Of a DNA stretch of 49,420 nt, positions 38,595 through 47,368 are shown piece by piece. The stretch comes from Desulfonatronovibrionaceae bacterium (lineage in GTDB: Bacteria > Desulfobacterota > Desulfovibrionia > Desulfovibrionales > Desulfonatronovibrionaceae). How positions within the stretch are numbered: position 1 is the first letter of the stretch; every line of letters starts with the position of its first letter. The notes beneath the pieces were generated by a model that ran no database searches, was not told the origin of the DNA, and saw nothing but the letters and a program-made list of their open reading frames with translations. The DNA is taken from the NCBI GenBank assembly GCA_046539845.1, contig JBKHGE010000014.1:1-49420 (forward strand), in the 5' to 3' direction. A program made the position numbers and the translations under genes.

Positions 38595-38798
38595 GTGAAG
38601 TATACTGTGCGCATAGAGGGTATGTCCTGCGAGCACTGTGTCCGTGCGGTGGCCGGGGCTCTGCAGACCCTGGAGGGAGTGCAGGATGTATCAGTCCACC
38701 TGGAGAAAAAGCAGGCCGAATTTACCGCTTCCCAGAGTCTGGATATGGCTCGGGTGAAAAAGGCAATCCAGGGGGCGGGCTATACGGTTGTGGATTGA
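38595..38798 (+). CDS. Heavy-metal-associated (HMA) chaperone, CopZ-like
   Basis: 'GMSCEHC', C-terminal 'AGY', 67 aa; GTG start after AGGAGG. Confidence 0.9.
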   Translation: MKYTVRIEGMSCEHCVRAVAGALQTLEGVQDVSVHLEKKQAEFTASQSLDMARVKKAIQGAGYTVVD

Positions 38799-38874
38799 AA
38801 AAGGCCGGGACCGGGAAGTACTCCGGCCCGGCCTTGCTGGCTTCGGGTGCGCTGTATCCAAGTCCCGGCCTTTT
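38799..38874. terminator. Hairpin(s) between convergent copZ-like and uraA genes
   Basis: AAGGCCGGG/CCCGGCCTT stem (38801-38835); AAAAGGCCGGGAC can alternatively pair with GTCCCGGCCTTTT (38862-38874). Confidence 0.55.
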
Positions 38875-38911
38875 CCGGCAAGCGACTGGACAATGTCGAG
38901 AGGCCGGTGTG

Positions 38912-40165
38912 TTATTCGGTTTCTTTCTCGTGTTGGGGGAGAATAAGGTTTAAGATCACCCCGACGATTCCAGCCAGCCCTATCCCCTCCAGAGTGAACT
39001 GCCCGGCTGATAGGTTCATTCCCCCTATCCCAAGGACCACTATAATGGAGGCGATAGCCATATTTCTGGGCTTCATGATGTCTATTTTGGCCCGGATCAT
39101 ATTGTTTATACCCACCAGCATTATGGTCCCGAAAAGGAGGATCATTATTCCGCCCATGACCGGTGCCGGTATGGTCTGGAGAACAGCGCCCACTTTGCCC
39201 ACAAAGGCCAGGACAATGGCGCAGATCGCGGCCCAGGTCATTATGGCCGGGTTGAATATCTTTATAAGCGCCACCGCTCCGGTAACTTCGGAGTAAGTGG
39301 TGTTCGGCGGACCGCCCAGACAGGAGGCCGCAGTCGTGGCCAGCCCGTCCCCGAGCATGGTCCGGTGCACACCGGGATTGTCCAGGTAGTTCTTGCCGGT
39401 TACCGAGCTTATGGCCAAGACGTCTCCGAAATGTTCGATGGCCGGGGCGATGGCCACGGGGACTATGTACAACACCGCCTGCAGGTTCCATTCCGGAAGG
39501 ACAAAATCGGGTACTGCCAGCCAAGCCGCTTCCCGGACCGGGGTGAAGTCGATAATCCCCAGGGGAAAGGAAACCGCGTATCCGACTACGATCCCAAGCA
39601 AGATAGGGATGAGCCGGAAGATACCCCGGCCGAACAGAGAGACCAGCACCGTAGTCATAAGGGAGACAATGGACAGAATAAGTGCAATGTCCTCTTGGAC
39701 CAAGACCGTGCTTCCGTCTCCGGTCCTGCCGGTGGCCATATTGACGGCCACCGGGGCCAGTATCAGGCCGATGACCATGATTACCGGACCGGTGACTATG
39801 GGCGGCAGGAGACGGTTTACGATCCCGATTCCCTTAAGGGCTATAAGCCCGCTTAAAAGGATGTAAAATATCCCGGCTGCGGCCAAGCCGCAGAGGGTCG
39901 CCGGGATTCCCCATTGCTGGACTCCGTAGATTATGGGCGCGATAAACGCGAACGAGGAGGCCAGAAAAATGGGGACCATGCGCTTGGTGACCAGTTGGAA
40001 AATCAACGTGCCTGCCCCGGCGGTGAAAAGGGCCACGTTCGGGTCCAGGCCGGTGAGTAGGGGGACCAGAACCAGGGCCCCGAAGGCGACAAATAGCATC
40101 TGGCCCCCGAGAAGTATGTCCCGGAAACGAAAATGGTATTCTGTGCTGCGTGCAAAATCTGACAT
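38912..40165 (-). CDS. uraA: Uracil permease (NCS2/NAT family)
   Basis: 'QMLFVAFGALVLVP', 'SSFAFI', 'EHFGD', 'GPPNTTYSE'; downstream of upp. Confidence 0.95.
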   Translation of the reverse strand: MSDFARSTEYHFRFRDILLGGQMLFVAFGALVLVPLLTGLDPNVALFTAGAGTLIFQLVTKRMVPIFLASSFAFIAPIIYGVQQWGIPATLCGLAAAGIFYILLSGLIALKGIGIVNRLLPPIVTGPVIMVIGLILAPVAVNMATGRTGDGSTVLVQEDIALILSIVSLMTTVLVSLFGRGIFRLIPILLGIVVGYAVSFPLGIIDFTPVREAAWLAVPDFVLPEWNLQAVLYIVPVAIAPAIEHFGDVLAISSVTGKNYLDNPGVHRTMLGDGLATTAASCLGGPPNTTYSEVTGAVALIKIFNPAIMTWAAICAIVLAFVGKVGAVLQTIPAPVMGGIMILLFGTIMLVGINNMIRAKIDIMKPRNMAIASIIVVLGIGGMNLSAGQFTLEGIGLAGIVGVILNLILPQHEKETE

Positions 40166-40227
40166 TTTTTCCTCCACATGTCCTTATTAGAGGGTGGATT
40201 CCTGACGGTGCTTCGCCGGTTTAAGGC

Positions 40228-40252
40228 AAAAAAAACGGCACCGCAGGGTGCC
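40228..40252 (-). terminator. Intrinsic terminator-like hairpin between upp and uraA
   Basis: Minus strand GGCACC-CTGC-GGTGCC-G-TTTTTTTT; the first stem base is the G of the upp TAG. Confidence 0.65.
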
Positions 40253-40878
40253 TATTTTGTTCCGAATATCCTGTCTCCGGCATCCCCGAGGCCGGGAATG
40301 ATATAGCCCGTGTCGTTCAGTTTCTGATCGATGCTGGCCGTGTATATATCCACGTCCGGGTGCTCGCTGCTTATGCGTTCCAGACCCTCGGGGGCGGAGA
40401 CCAAAAAGAGGCCGCGGATCTTTCTGCACCCCGCCTTTTTGAGCATATCTATAGTAGCTGAAAGCGTGCCCCCAGTGGCCAGCATGGGGTCGATTATAAG
40501 GGCGATGCGTTCGGGCATATTCGAGGCCAGCTTCACGTAATAGGTGACCGGCTCAAGTGTTTCTTCGTTCCTGTACAGACCGACAATGCTTATTTTGGCT
40601 CCGGGTATGAGGTCTATTACCCCGTCCAGCATGCCGATTCCGGCCCGCAGGATGGGGACAACGGTTATCTTTTTCCCCTTCAGGGCCTCAATTTGGACCT
40701 CCCCGGCCCAGCCGGCCACTGTCTTTCGATCCATCTCCAGATCCTTGGTCGCCTCGTAAGTAAGCAGGCGTCCCAGCTCCGAGGCCAGTTCCCTGAAATC
40801 CTTGGTGCTTATGTCGTTTTGACGCATAAGTCCCAGCTTGTGCCGGACCAAGGGATGGTCAATCACGTGTACTCCCAT
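40252..40878 (-). CDS. upp: Uracil phosphoribosyltransferase
   Basis: 'HPLVRHKL', 'VPILRAG', PRPP motif '[10 protein letters not shown]', '[12 protein letters not shown]'. Confidence 0.98.
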   Translation of the reverse strand: MGVHVIDHPLVRHKLGLMRQNDISTKDFRELASELGRLLTYEATKDLEMDRKTVAGWAGEVQIEALKGKKITVVPILRAGIGMLDGVIDLIPGAKISIVGLYRNEETLEPVTYYVKLASNMPERIALIIDPMLATGGTLSATIDMLKKAGCRKIRGLFLVSAPEGLERISSEHPDVDIYTASIDQKLNDTGYIIPGLGDAGDRIFGTK

Positions 40879-40931
40879 AGTATTCCCCTTTTTGCGGTGT
40901 TAAAAGCTCAGTACAACAAAAAAGTCGCAAG

Positions 40932-40960
40932 AATTTATATTTTTCAAAAAACAGGGTCAA
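40932..40960 (-). promoter_or_regulatory. Putative sigma70 promoter of upp
   Basis: Minus strand TTGACC-N17-TAAATT. Confidence 0.6.
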
Positions 40961-41094
40961 GTGGTCCTCGGATATGGATGTTCAGGAGTTTATAAGCCGC
41001 AGAGTCCGGGATAAAACAGCTTTGACCCGGACATTATGGGCCGAAACTGTATCCCTGCCGGCCGGATCTTTTGCGGATAAATAATTCTCCCGGC

Positions 41095-41123
41095 TTGATG
41101 GGAATCTGATTTGGAGATATACT
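41095..41123 (+). promoter_or_regulatory. Putative sigma70 promoter of the USP gene
   Basis: TTGATG-N17-TATACT. Confidence 0.55.
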
Positions 41124-41262
41124 GCCTATAAAGCTTCTGGCGAGAGCCGGGTTTTGGAGCTTACAGTCCACAGCCCGGCGGGATTGTCCGGTTTCGGTCC
41201 GGAGGATTCCGATACGGTTAGTCTGCTGGCTTGAACAACCGACGAAAATAAGGAGGTCGGGA

Positions 41263-41697
41263 ATGGAGATGAAAAAGATTCTTTGTTGTCTGGATTTTTC
41301 GGAAATGAGCCCCAAGTTGGCGCATTATGCTAATTTTTTTGCCCACAAGTTTAAAGCCAGGCTGTATTATCTGTATGTTTCTCCGTCCATGACCCAGTAT
41401 GTGGGCATGCACGTTCCGGAGGTGACAGTCAGCAAGTTCGTAAAAGAGATCGAGGAAAACGCCGCTAAAATAATGGATGAATTCATTGAGAAGCACAGCC
41501 CGGATGTGGAGACCCAGGGCCTGATCCGTAGCGGCTATCCGGTGACCGAGATTATGAAGATCGCCCATGAAAGGCAGGTGGACATGATTATAATGGGCAC
41601 CCATGGCCGCAAGGGGATGGACAAGATCGTTTTCGGTTCGGTAGCGGAAAAAGTGATTAAGTCCTCAGAGATACCTGTGCTTACGATTCGGCCCTGA
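41263..41697 (+). CDS. Universal stress protein
   Basis: 'KKILCCLDFS', 'IIMGTHGRKG..FGSVAEKV', 'PVLTIRP'. Confidence 0.95.
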   Translation: MEMKKILCCLDFSEMSPKLAHYANFFAHKFKARLYYLYVSPSMTQYVGMHVPEVTVSKFVKEIEENAAKIMDEFIEKHSPDVETQGLIRSGYPVTEIMKIAHERQVDMIIMGTHGRKGMDKIVFGSVAEKVIKSSEIPVLTIRP

Positions 41698-41797
41698 AGG
41701 GAAAAGGACTGAAACGGAACACATACCGGGCTGCCCCGCCCGGGAGCGGGCAAACCCGGCGGGGTGGTCTCGGAGTATAATTTTTGTCCTTTGTCTC

Positions 41798-41835
41798 AAG
41801 AATCCGACCCATTTGGGGTCGGATTCTTTTGTTTT
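41798..41835 (+). terminator. Rho-independent terminator after the USP gene
   Basis: AAGAATCCGACCC / GGGTCGGATTCTT 13-bp stem followed by TTGTTTT. Confidence 0.85.
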
Positions 41836-42100
41836 GCGGATTAGTGTTATTTAAATCCGGAAAGCCGTTTTTGTCTCCGATCAGCTGCGAGTGCAGAAGG
41901 GATATCCAGGCCCTCATTCCTTCCGCCTGCAGTCCTGTGCCAGTGTCCAGGGTGATCAAGACAGTTAATTGCGGCTGGCGGGCGTAAATCTTTAGCCGGG
42001 CCGGAGACTCTGGGATGCGGCCCGGGCCGGGAACAGTTGCGTTTACCAAGGGTTATGCTTATGCTTTTATCTAAAGAAAATGCAGATAAGGGAGGCGATT

Positions 42101-42655
42101 ATGCGCGACTTTGATTTCTGCCTGACTGAGGAAGAGAAAAAATATCTGCGCGAACTAGCTTTAAGCAGCATTGGAAGAGAACTCAAATCGGAGTCGGAAA
42201 AAGAGCTTTTACCTCCGATGTCCGGAAAGATGGAGGAAAAGCTTGGGGTGTTTGTGACCCTGAAGAAGCGAGGGCAGTTAAGGGGCTGTATCGGCAATAT
42301 GGTCGGGGATGGACCGCTGTGGAGGACCGTATCCAGTATGGCCCGGGCGGCCGCTTTTGAGGATCCGCGTTTTCCTCCGGTGAGTAAATCCGAATTCAGC
42401 GAGCTGGAAATAGAAATATCCATATTGAGCCCACTGGAGGAGGTTCGTGATTTTAAGGCCATTGTCCCTGGCAAACACGGCCTTCTCGTCCGCAACGCCT
42501 GGCGCTCCGGGTTACTTTTGCCCCAGGTGGCTGCGGAATGGGGATGGGATCGGGAAACCTTTCTGGCTCACACCTGTCAGAAGGCTGGCCTGCCCGGAAA
42601 TTGTTGGCAGGAAGCACAAACCCAGGTATTCTGGTTTCAAGCCGAGGTCTTTTAG
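42101..42655 (+). CDS. amrA: AMMECR1-domain protein (AmmeMemoRadiSam system protein A)
   Basis: 'GVFVTL', 'LRGCIG', 'AAFEDPRF', 'EISILSP', 'GKHGL', 'GLLLPQVA', 'CQKAG'. Confidence 0.93.
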   Translation: MRDFDFCLTEEEKKYLRELALSSIGRELKSESEKELLPPMSGKMEEKLGVFVTLKKRGQLRGCIGNMVGDGPLWRTVSSMARAAAFEDPRFPPVSKSEFSELEIEISILSPLEEVRDFKAIVPGKHGLLVRNAWRSGLLLPQVAAEWGWDRETFLAHTCQKAGLPGNCWQEAQTQVFWFQAEVF

Positions 42656-42662
42656 CCAAATC

Positions 42663-44849
42663 ATGATCCGAATTACCGAAATACTGGATAAGTCCAAAAA
42701 ATTCATCACCAATCCTGGGGACGTGGCCCTTATTCAGAAGGCGTATGTGTTTTCCGCTGCCGCCCATGCCGGCCAGTTAAGACTCAACGGTGAGCCCTAC
42801 CTGTCACATCCCCTGGAAGTGGCCAATATCCTGGTGAACATGAACCTGGATGTGGCCACAATAGTGGCCGGTCTGCTGCATGATACTGTGGAGGATACGG
42901 ACACGAAAATAATGGAGATTGAGAACAAATTCGGGCACGAGGTCGCCCATATTGTGGACGGGGTGACCAAGATCAGCAAGATGCGCTTTGATTCCAAGGA
43001 AGAGGCCCAGGCGGAAAACATTCGCAAAATGATCTTGGCCATGGCTGACGATATCCGGGTGATCATGGTTAAGCTGGCGGACAGGCTGCACAATATGCGT
43101 ACCCTGGAATACCAAAAAGAGATTAAGCAAAAGGTGGTCTCCCAGGAGACTTTGGATATCTATGCCCCGCTGGCCAACCGCCTGGGCTTATATAAGATAA
43201 AGACCGAGCTTGAGGATCTGAGTCTGCGTTACACCATGCCGGATCTATATTTCCAGATAAAGGAGGGCATTGAGAGATACCAGGAGGATGCCGAGGATTA
43301 TATAAACAATGTCTGTGATTTTTTGCGCACCATGCTTCAGGAGAACAATATCTCCGGCCGGATAACCGGCCGGGCCAAGCATATATACAGTGTGTGGCAT
43401 AAAATGCGTCAGCAACAGCTCTCCCTGGATGAAGTCCATGACCTTATAGCCTTCCGGGTTATAGTCAATAGTATAAAGGATTGCTACTCGGTGCTCGGCC
43501 TCGTGCATTCTATGTGGAAACCAGTGCCGGGGCGGTTCAAGGATTATATATCCATGCCCAAGGCCAATATGTACCGCAGTCTGCATACCACGGTCATAGG
43601 TCCGGAGGGTGAAAGGATCGAGATCCAGATCCGGACCGAGGAGATGCACCAGCTGGCTGAATACGGAGTGGCGGCGCACTGGAAATACAAAGAGGACGGC
43701 CGGCTGAAAGAGAAGGATGCGGAGCGTTTTACTTGGCTGCGCCGCATTCTGGATTGGCAGGAGGAGCTCAAGGATCCTCGGGAATTTATGGCTTCTCTGC
43801 GTTTTGATCTCTTTGAGGACGAGGTCTATGTGTTCACCCCTCAGGGCGAGGTAAAGGAGCTGCCCGAGGGAGCAACTGCAGTGGATTTTGCTTATATGAT
43901 TCACTCCGAGGTCGGGGACCATTGCGCCGGGGCAAAGGTGAACGGCAAACTCGTGCCTCTGGATACCCGACTCAAAAACGGGGACACGGTATTCATCATC
44001 ACCGATTCCCATCGTCATCCGAGCAGGGACTGGCTGCGGTTTGTGAAGACAGCCAAGGCCAGGACCAGGATCAAGCACTGGATTCGGAACGAGGAGCGGG
44101 ACAAAAGTATTGCCCTGGCCAGAGAGGTCCTGGAAAAGGAAGGCAGGAAGCTGGGTCTGAATTTCAATCGGGTGGCAAAGAGCGGTCAACTGGAGGAAGT
44201 GGCTCGGGACTTTTCCTATAAATCAACAGATGACCTTTTGTCCGCTGTGGGCTATGCCCGCCTCACTCCCAGACAAGTGCTGAACCGGCTCCTTTCCAAA
44301 ATGGACGGGGACAAGGAAGAAAAAGCTCCGGAGAATAGGAAAAAAAATAAGGAGGAGCATCGGGGAAAGGAGGAGCAGCGCGGGGAGGAGGTGGTCAAAA
44401 AATCAGAGGGGGTGTCCATAAAGGGTGTGTCTGATATTTTGGTCCGCTTCGCCCAGTGCTGCAATCCGGTTCCCGGGGACCCGATCGTGGGGTATATCTC
44501 CCGCGGCCGGGGGGTGACCATTCACCGCCAGGATTGTCCGAACGCCAAAAAGATAGAGCCGGAAAGGATTTTAGAGGTTTTCTGGGAGGGCGAGGCCCAA
44601 AATTCTTTTCCGGCGGAGATCAAGATTGTCTGCAAGAACAAGCGCGGAGTCCTGGCCCAAGTAAGCGGGATCTTGACCGAACAAGAGATAGATATAGATT
44701 CCGGTGAGTTCGCTTCCAGCGTGGACAAGCGGACCGAGCTGGACTTCACGGTCCTGGTCCGCAACAGTTCCCATCTGTACAAGGCGATTGACAAAATAAG
44801 GGGCCTGGAAAGCGTACTGGAGGTGTCCAGAAAGACCAAATCGAATTGA
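42663..44849 (+). CDS. Bifunctional (p)ppGpp synthetase/hydrolase (long RSH, Rel/SpoT)
   Basis: Intact HD 'LHDTVEDT', 'KLADRLHNMRT', 'RFKDYI', 'YRSLHT', TGS, 'CCNPVPGD' ZFD, ACT. Confidence 0.97.
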   Translation: MIRITEILDKSKKFITNPGDVALIQKAYVFSAAAHAGQLRLNGEPYLSHPLEVANILVNMNLDVATIVAGLLHDTVEDTDTKIMEIENKFGHEVAHIVDGVTKISKMRFDSKEEAQAENIRKMILAMADDIRVIMVKLADRLHNMRTLEYQKEIKQKVVSQETLDIYAPLANRLGLYKIKTELEDLSLRYTMPDLYFQIKEGIERYQEDAEDYINNVCDFLRTMLQENNISGRITGRAKHIYSVWHKMRQQQLSLDEVHDLIAFRVIVNSIKDCYSVLGLVHSMWKPVPGRFKDYISMPKANMYRSLHTTVIGPEGERIEIQIRTEEMHQLAEYGVAAHWKYKEDGRLKEKDAERFTWLRRILDWQEELKDPREFMASLRFDLFEDEVYVFTPQGEVKELPEGATAVDFAYMIHSEVGDHCAGAKVNGKLVPLDTRLKNGDTVFIITDSHRHPSRDWLRFVKTAKARTRIKHWIRNEERDKSIALAREVLEKEGRKLGLNFNRVAKSGQLEEVARDFSYKSTDDLLSAVGYARLTPRQVLNRLLSKMDGDKEEKAPENRKKNKEEHRGKEEQRGEEVVKKSEGVSIKGVSDILVRFAQCCNPVPGDPIVGYISRGRGVTIHRQDCPNAKKIEPERILEVFWEGEAQNSFPAEIKIVCKNKRGVLAQVSGILTEQEIDIDSGEFASSVDKRTELDFTVLVRNSSHLYKAIDKIRGLESVLEVSRKTKSN

Positions 44850-44900
44850 ATTGCCCGGAGGTAGTTGCTACGGGTAGCTAAGCTGCCTGATCTTGCAGCT

Positions 44901-44933
44901 AAAAAGGGACAGGAGGAATGGCCCTCCTGTCCC
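44901..44933 (-). terminator. Intrinsic terminator for the FKBP gene (possibly bidirectional)
   Basis: GGGACAGGAGG / CCTCCTGTCCC 11-bp stem preceded by AAAAA on + (U-tract on -). Confidence 0.75.
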
Positions 44934-44988
44934 CCTACTGGCTCACCGTCTTTTTGGAAAAGACATAAGCGTCACCTTGCCGGATATA

Positions 44989-45417
44989 TCAGGAGGCCTG
45001 GATCAGCTCCAGTTCGAAATTGAGATCAAATCCAGCCAGGGGATGATTGGCGTCAACAGTGATGTTCTCCTCGCCCACACCGACGATAAAGGCCGGAGCT
45101 TCCTGGCCTTCCGGGCTACGGAGCAAGATCTGCTGCCCTTCTTCGCGGGGGATGTCTTCAGGAAAATTTTCCGCCGGGACCTCGAACACCAGCTCTTTGT
45201 TGTGTTCCCCGTAGGCTTCGTCTTTGGAGATGGTGACCTTGCGGGTCTCGCCCACGTCCATGTCCCGAACAGTATTCTCGAATCCGGATATCACCTCTCC
45301 CTCGCCTAGCGTGAATTCGAGCGGTTCTCTTTCCCTGGAGGAGTCGAATACAGTCCCGTCTTCCAGGGTCCCTGTGTAGTGCACTTTGATTTTGGTCCCG
45401 TCTTCTAGCTTGGGCAT
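44989..45417 (-). CDS. FKBP-type peptidyl-prolyl isomerase (SlyD/FkpB-like, no His tail)
   Basis: 'VHYTGTLEDGTVFDSS', 'EAYG', 'DANHPLAG'. Confidence 0.94.
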   Translation of the reverse strand: MPKLEDGTKIKVHYTGTLEDGTVFDSSREREPLEFTLGEGEVISGFENTVRDMDVGETRKVTISKDEAYGEHNKELVFEVPAENFPEDIPREEGQQILLRSPEGQEAPAFIVGVGEENITVDANHPLAGFDLNFELELIQAS

Positions 45418-45519
45418 TAAATATACTCTCCATGTTTTGCGGCTCGCCGCGTTTTTGAACTGCCCCGCTTGCAGCTGGCTGCTCTCACCAGCGGGGCGTT
45501 TATGACCATCTCTTTATGT

Positions 45520-45548
45520 ATCCTAAGTACTGGTTATAGACACGTCAA
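45520..45548 (-). promoter_or_regulatory. Putative sigma70 promoter of the FKBP gene
   Basis: Minus strand TTGACG-N17-TAGGAT. Confidence 0.6.
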
Positions 45549-45607
45549 CCATGTCTCGATTTTGTCTAACTTCGGGTTTACTTTAACCGCCCATTTCCTA
45601 CTCCTTA

Positions 45608-45636
45608 TTGACAGCAAGCAGTGTTTTGAATATCAG
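45608..45636 (+). promoter_or_regulatory. Putative sigma70 promoter of the amino-acid ABC operon
   Basis: TTGACA-N17-TATCAG; palindrome TTGAATTCAA at 45644-45653 just downstream. Confidence 0.5.
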
Positions 45637-45682
45637 GGCATGATTGAATTCAAGGTCTTGGAGGATAAGGGAGATAGGATAC

Positions 45683-46459
45683 ATGAGCGAGGGACCGGCC
45701 GCTGCACTGGTCGCTGAAGATATATACAAGAGTTTTGGCGGACTGGAGGTGCTCAAGGGCATATCTCTTACCGCCAATGAGGGGGATGTGATCGCCCTGA
45801 TTGGATCGAGCGGATCCGGCAAGAGCACATTTCTGCGCTGTATCAACATGCTGGAGATCCCGGACAAAGGCCGCGTCTTTGTTAGCGGGGAGATGATCGA
45901 GATGACCAAGAACAGACGCAGGCAGACTGTCCCTAAAAGCTTAAAACAGGTGGACCGGATAAGGACCAAACTGGCAATGGTTTTTCAGCAGTTCAATCTC
46001 TGGTCGCATATGACCATCCTGGAAAATGTGATAGAAGCGCCGGTGCATGTTCTGAAAAGGCCGAAAAAACAAGCCAAAGCCCGGGCAATGGAACTCCTGG
46101 ACAAAGTGGGTATAGCGGACAAGGCCAACAATTACCCGGCCCATCTCTCCGGTGGCCAGGAACAAAGGGCAGCCATAGCCAGGGCCCTAGCTATGGAGCC
46201 GGAAGTGATGCTTTTGGATGAGCCCACCTCTGCTTTGGATCCGGAATTGGTAGGGGAAGTGCTGGGGGTTTTGCGCCAGTTGGTCCGCGAGGGGAGCACC
46301 ATGATTATTGCCACCCACGAGATGAATTTCGCCAAGGAAATGGCTTCGGAAGTAATTTATATGTATGAAGGGCAAATCGAGGAACAGGGTCCGCCTTCCC
46401 GGGTGTTTGAAGATCCGTATTCGGATCAGTGCCGGAAGTTTCTGGCTCGGTTTTTGTAA
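45683..46459 (+). CDS. Polar amino-acid ABC transporter ATPase (HisP/AotP-like)
   Basis: 'GSSGSGKST', 'FQQFNLW', 'LSGGQEQR', 'LDEPTSALDPE'. Confidence 0.95.
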   Translation: MSEGPAAALVAEDIYKSFGGLEVLKGISLTANEGDVIALIGSSGSGKSTFLRCINMLEIPDKGRVFVSGEMIEMTKNRRRQTVPKSLKQVDRIRTKLAMVFQQFNLWSHMTILENVIEAPVHVLKRPKKQAKARAMELLDKVGIADKANNYPAHLSGGQEQRAAIARALAMEPEVMLLDEPTSALDPELVGEVLGVLRQLVREGSTMIIATHEMNFAKEMASEVIYMYEGQIEEQGPPSRVFEDPYSDQCRKFLARFL

Positions 46460-46488
46460 TCTATTTTTAAACCAAAAGGAGAGTTGGT

Positions 46489-47274
46489 ATGACCAGGATG
46501 TTTCGTTTGTTGTTGTGTGTGGCGGCTGTATTTTGCTTTATGGCCGCTCCGGTGCAGGCCAAGGATATCGACAAGGTGCGCATAGGCACTGAAGGGGCAT
46601 ATCCTCCGTTCAACTATATGGATTCCGACGGGAATGTGCAGGGTTTTGATATTGATATCGCCAAGGCCCTGTGTGAGGCCATGGATGTGGAGTGCGAATT
46701 CGTCACCCAGGAGTGGAGCGGTATGATCCCCGGTCTTTTGGCCAAGAAATACGATGCCATTATCGCCTCCATGTCCATAACTGAAGAACGCAAGCAAAAA
46801 GTAGATTTCACGGACAAGTATTATCAGACCCCAGCCAAATTCGTGGCCAAAAAAGGAACTATCGAGGATATAAACAAGGACACCCTGGAAGGGAAGGTCG
46901 TCGGAGTGCAGCGGGCCACTATTCATGAGAATTTTGTCCAGGACAAGTTCGGTGACGTGGTGGAGGTAAAATCCTATGAAACCCTGGAAGAGGCGAATAT
47001 GGACCTGGTTTCCGGACGCCTGGACTTGGTCTGCGCCGATTCCGTCCCCCTGCAGGGCAGCCTCCTGGACAAGGACTTTGGAGAGGACTTCACCTTTGTC
47101 GGTCCGGGGTATACGGATGAGGAGTGGTTCGGCGAAGGAATCGGTATCGCTCTGCGCAAGGAGGATGACCAGCTGAGGAAGATGTTTAACAAGGCGATCA
47201 AAAAAATCCGGGAAGACGGTACGTATGAAGAGATCAACGCGGAGTACTTTGATTTTGATGTCTACGGGGAGTAG
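46489..47274 (+). CDS. Basic amino-acid ABC substrate-binding protein (ArgT/HisJ-like)
   Basis: Signal peptide ending VQA, 'GTEGAYPPF', 'GFDID', 'SMSITEER'. Confidence 0.93.
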   Translation: MTRMFRLLLCVAAVFCFMAAPVQAKDIDKVRIGTEGAYPPFNYMDSDGNVQGFDIDIAKALCEAMDVECEFVTQEWSGMIPGLLAKKYDAIIASMSITEERKQKVDFTDKYYQTPAKFVAKKGTIEDINKDTLEGKVVGVQRATIHENFVQDKFGDVVEVKSYETLEEANMDLVSGRLDLVCADSVPLQGSLLDKDFGEDFTFVGPGYTDEEWFGEGIGIALRKEDDQLRKMFNKAIKKIREDGTYEEINAEYFDFDVYGE

Positions 47275-47290
47275 TTTCCGGTAGTATTCC

Positions 47291-47337
47291 ATACCCGCCC
47301 GGGGGACCGTATGAGTTTCGGCCCCGGGCGGTATTTT
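47291..47337 (+). terminator. Intercistronic stem-loop after the binding-protein gene
   Basis: CCGCCCGGGG (47295-47304) / CCCCGGGCGG (47322-47331), followed by TATTTT. Confidence 0.55.
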
Positions 47338-47368
47338 CCGGATCAGACCAAAAAATCAGCAGGACGCA

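Noticed and set aside
44349..44384. Imperfect 18-bp tandem duplication in rel (KEEHRG/KEEQRG)
   Set aside because: Falls in the variable charged linker before the ZFD domain; a common neutral expansion
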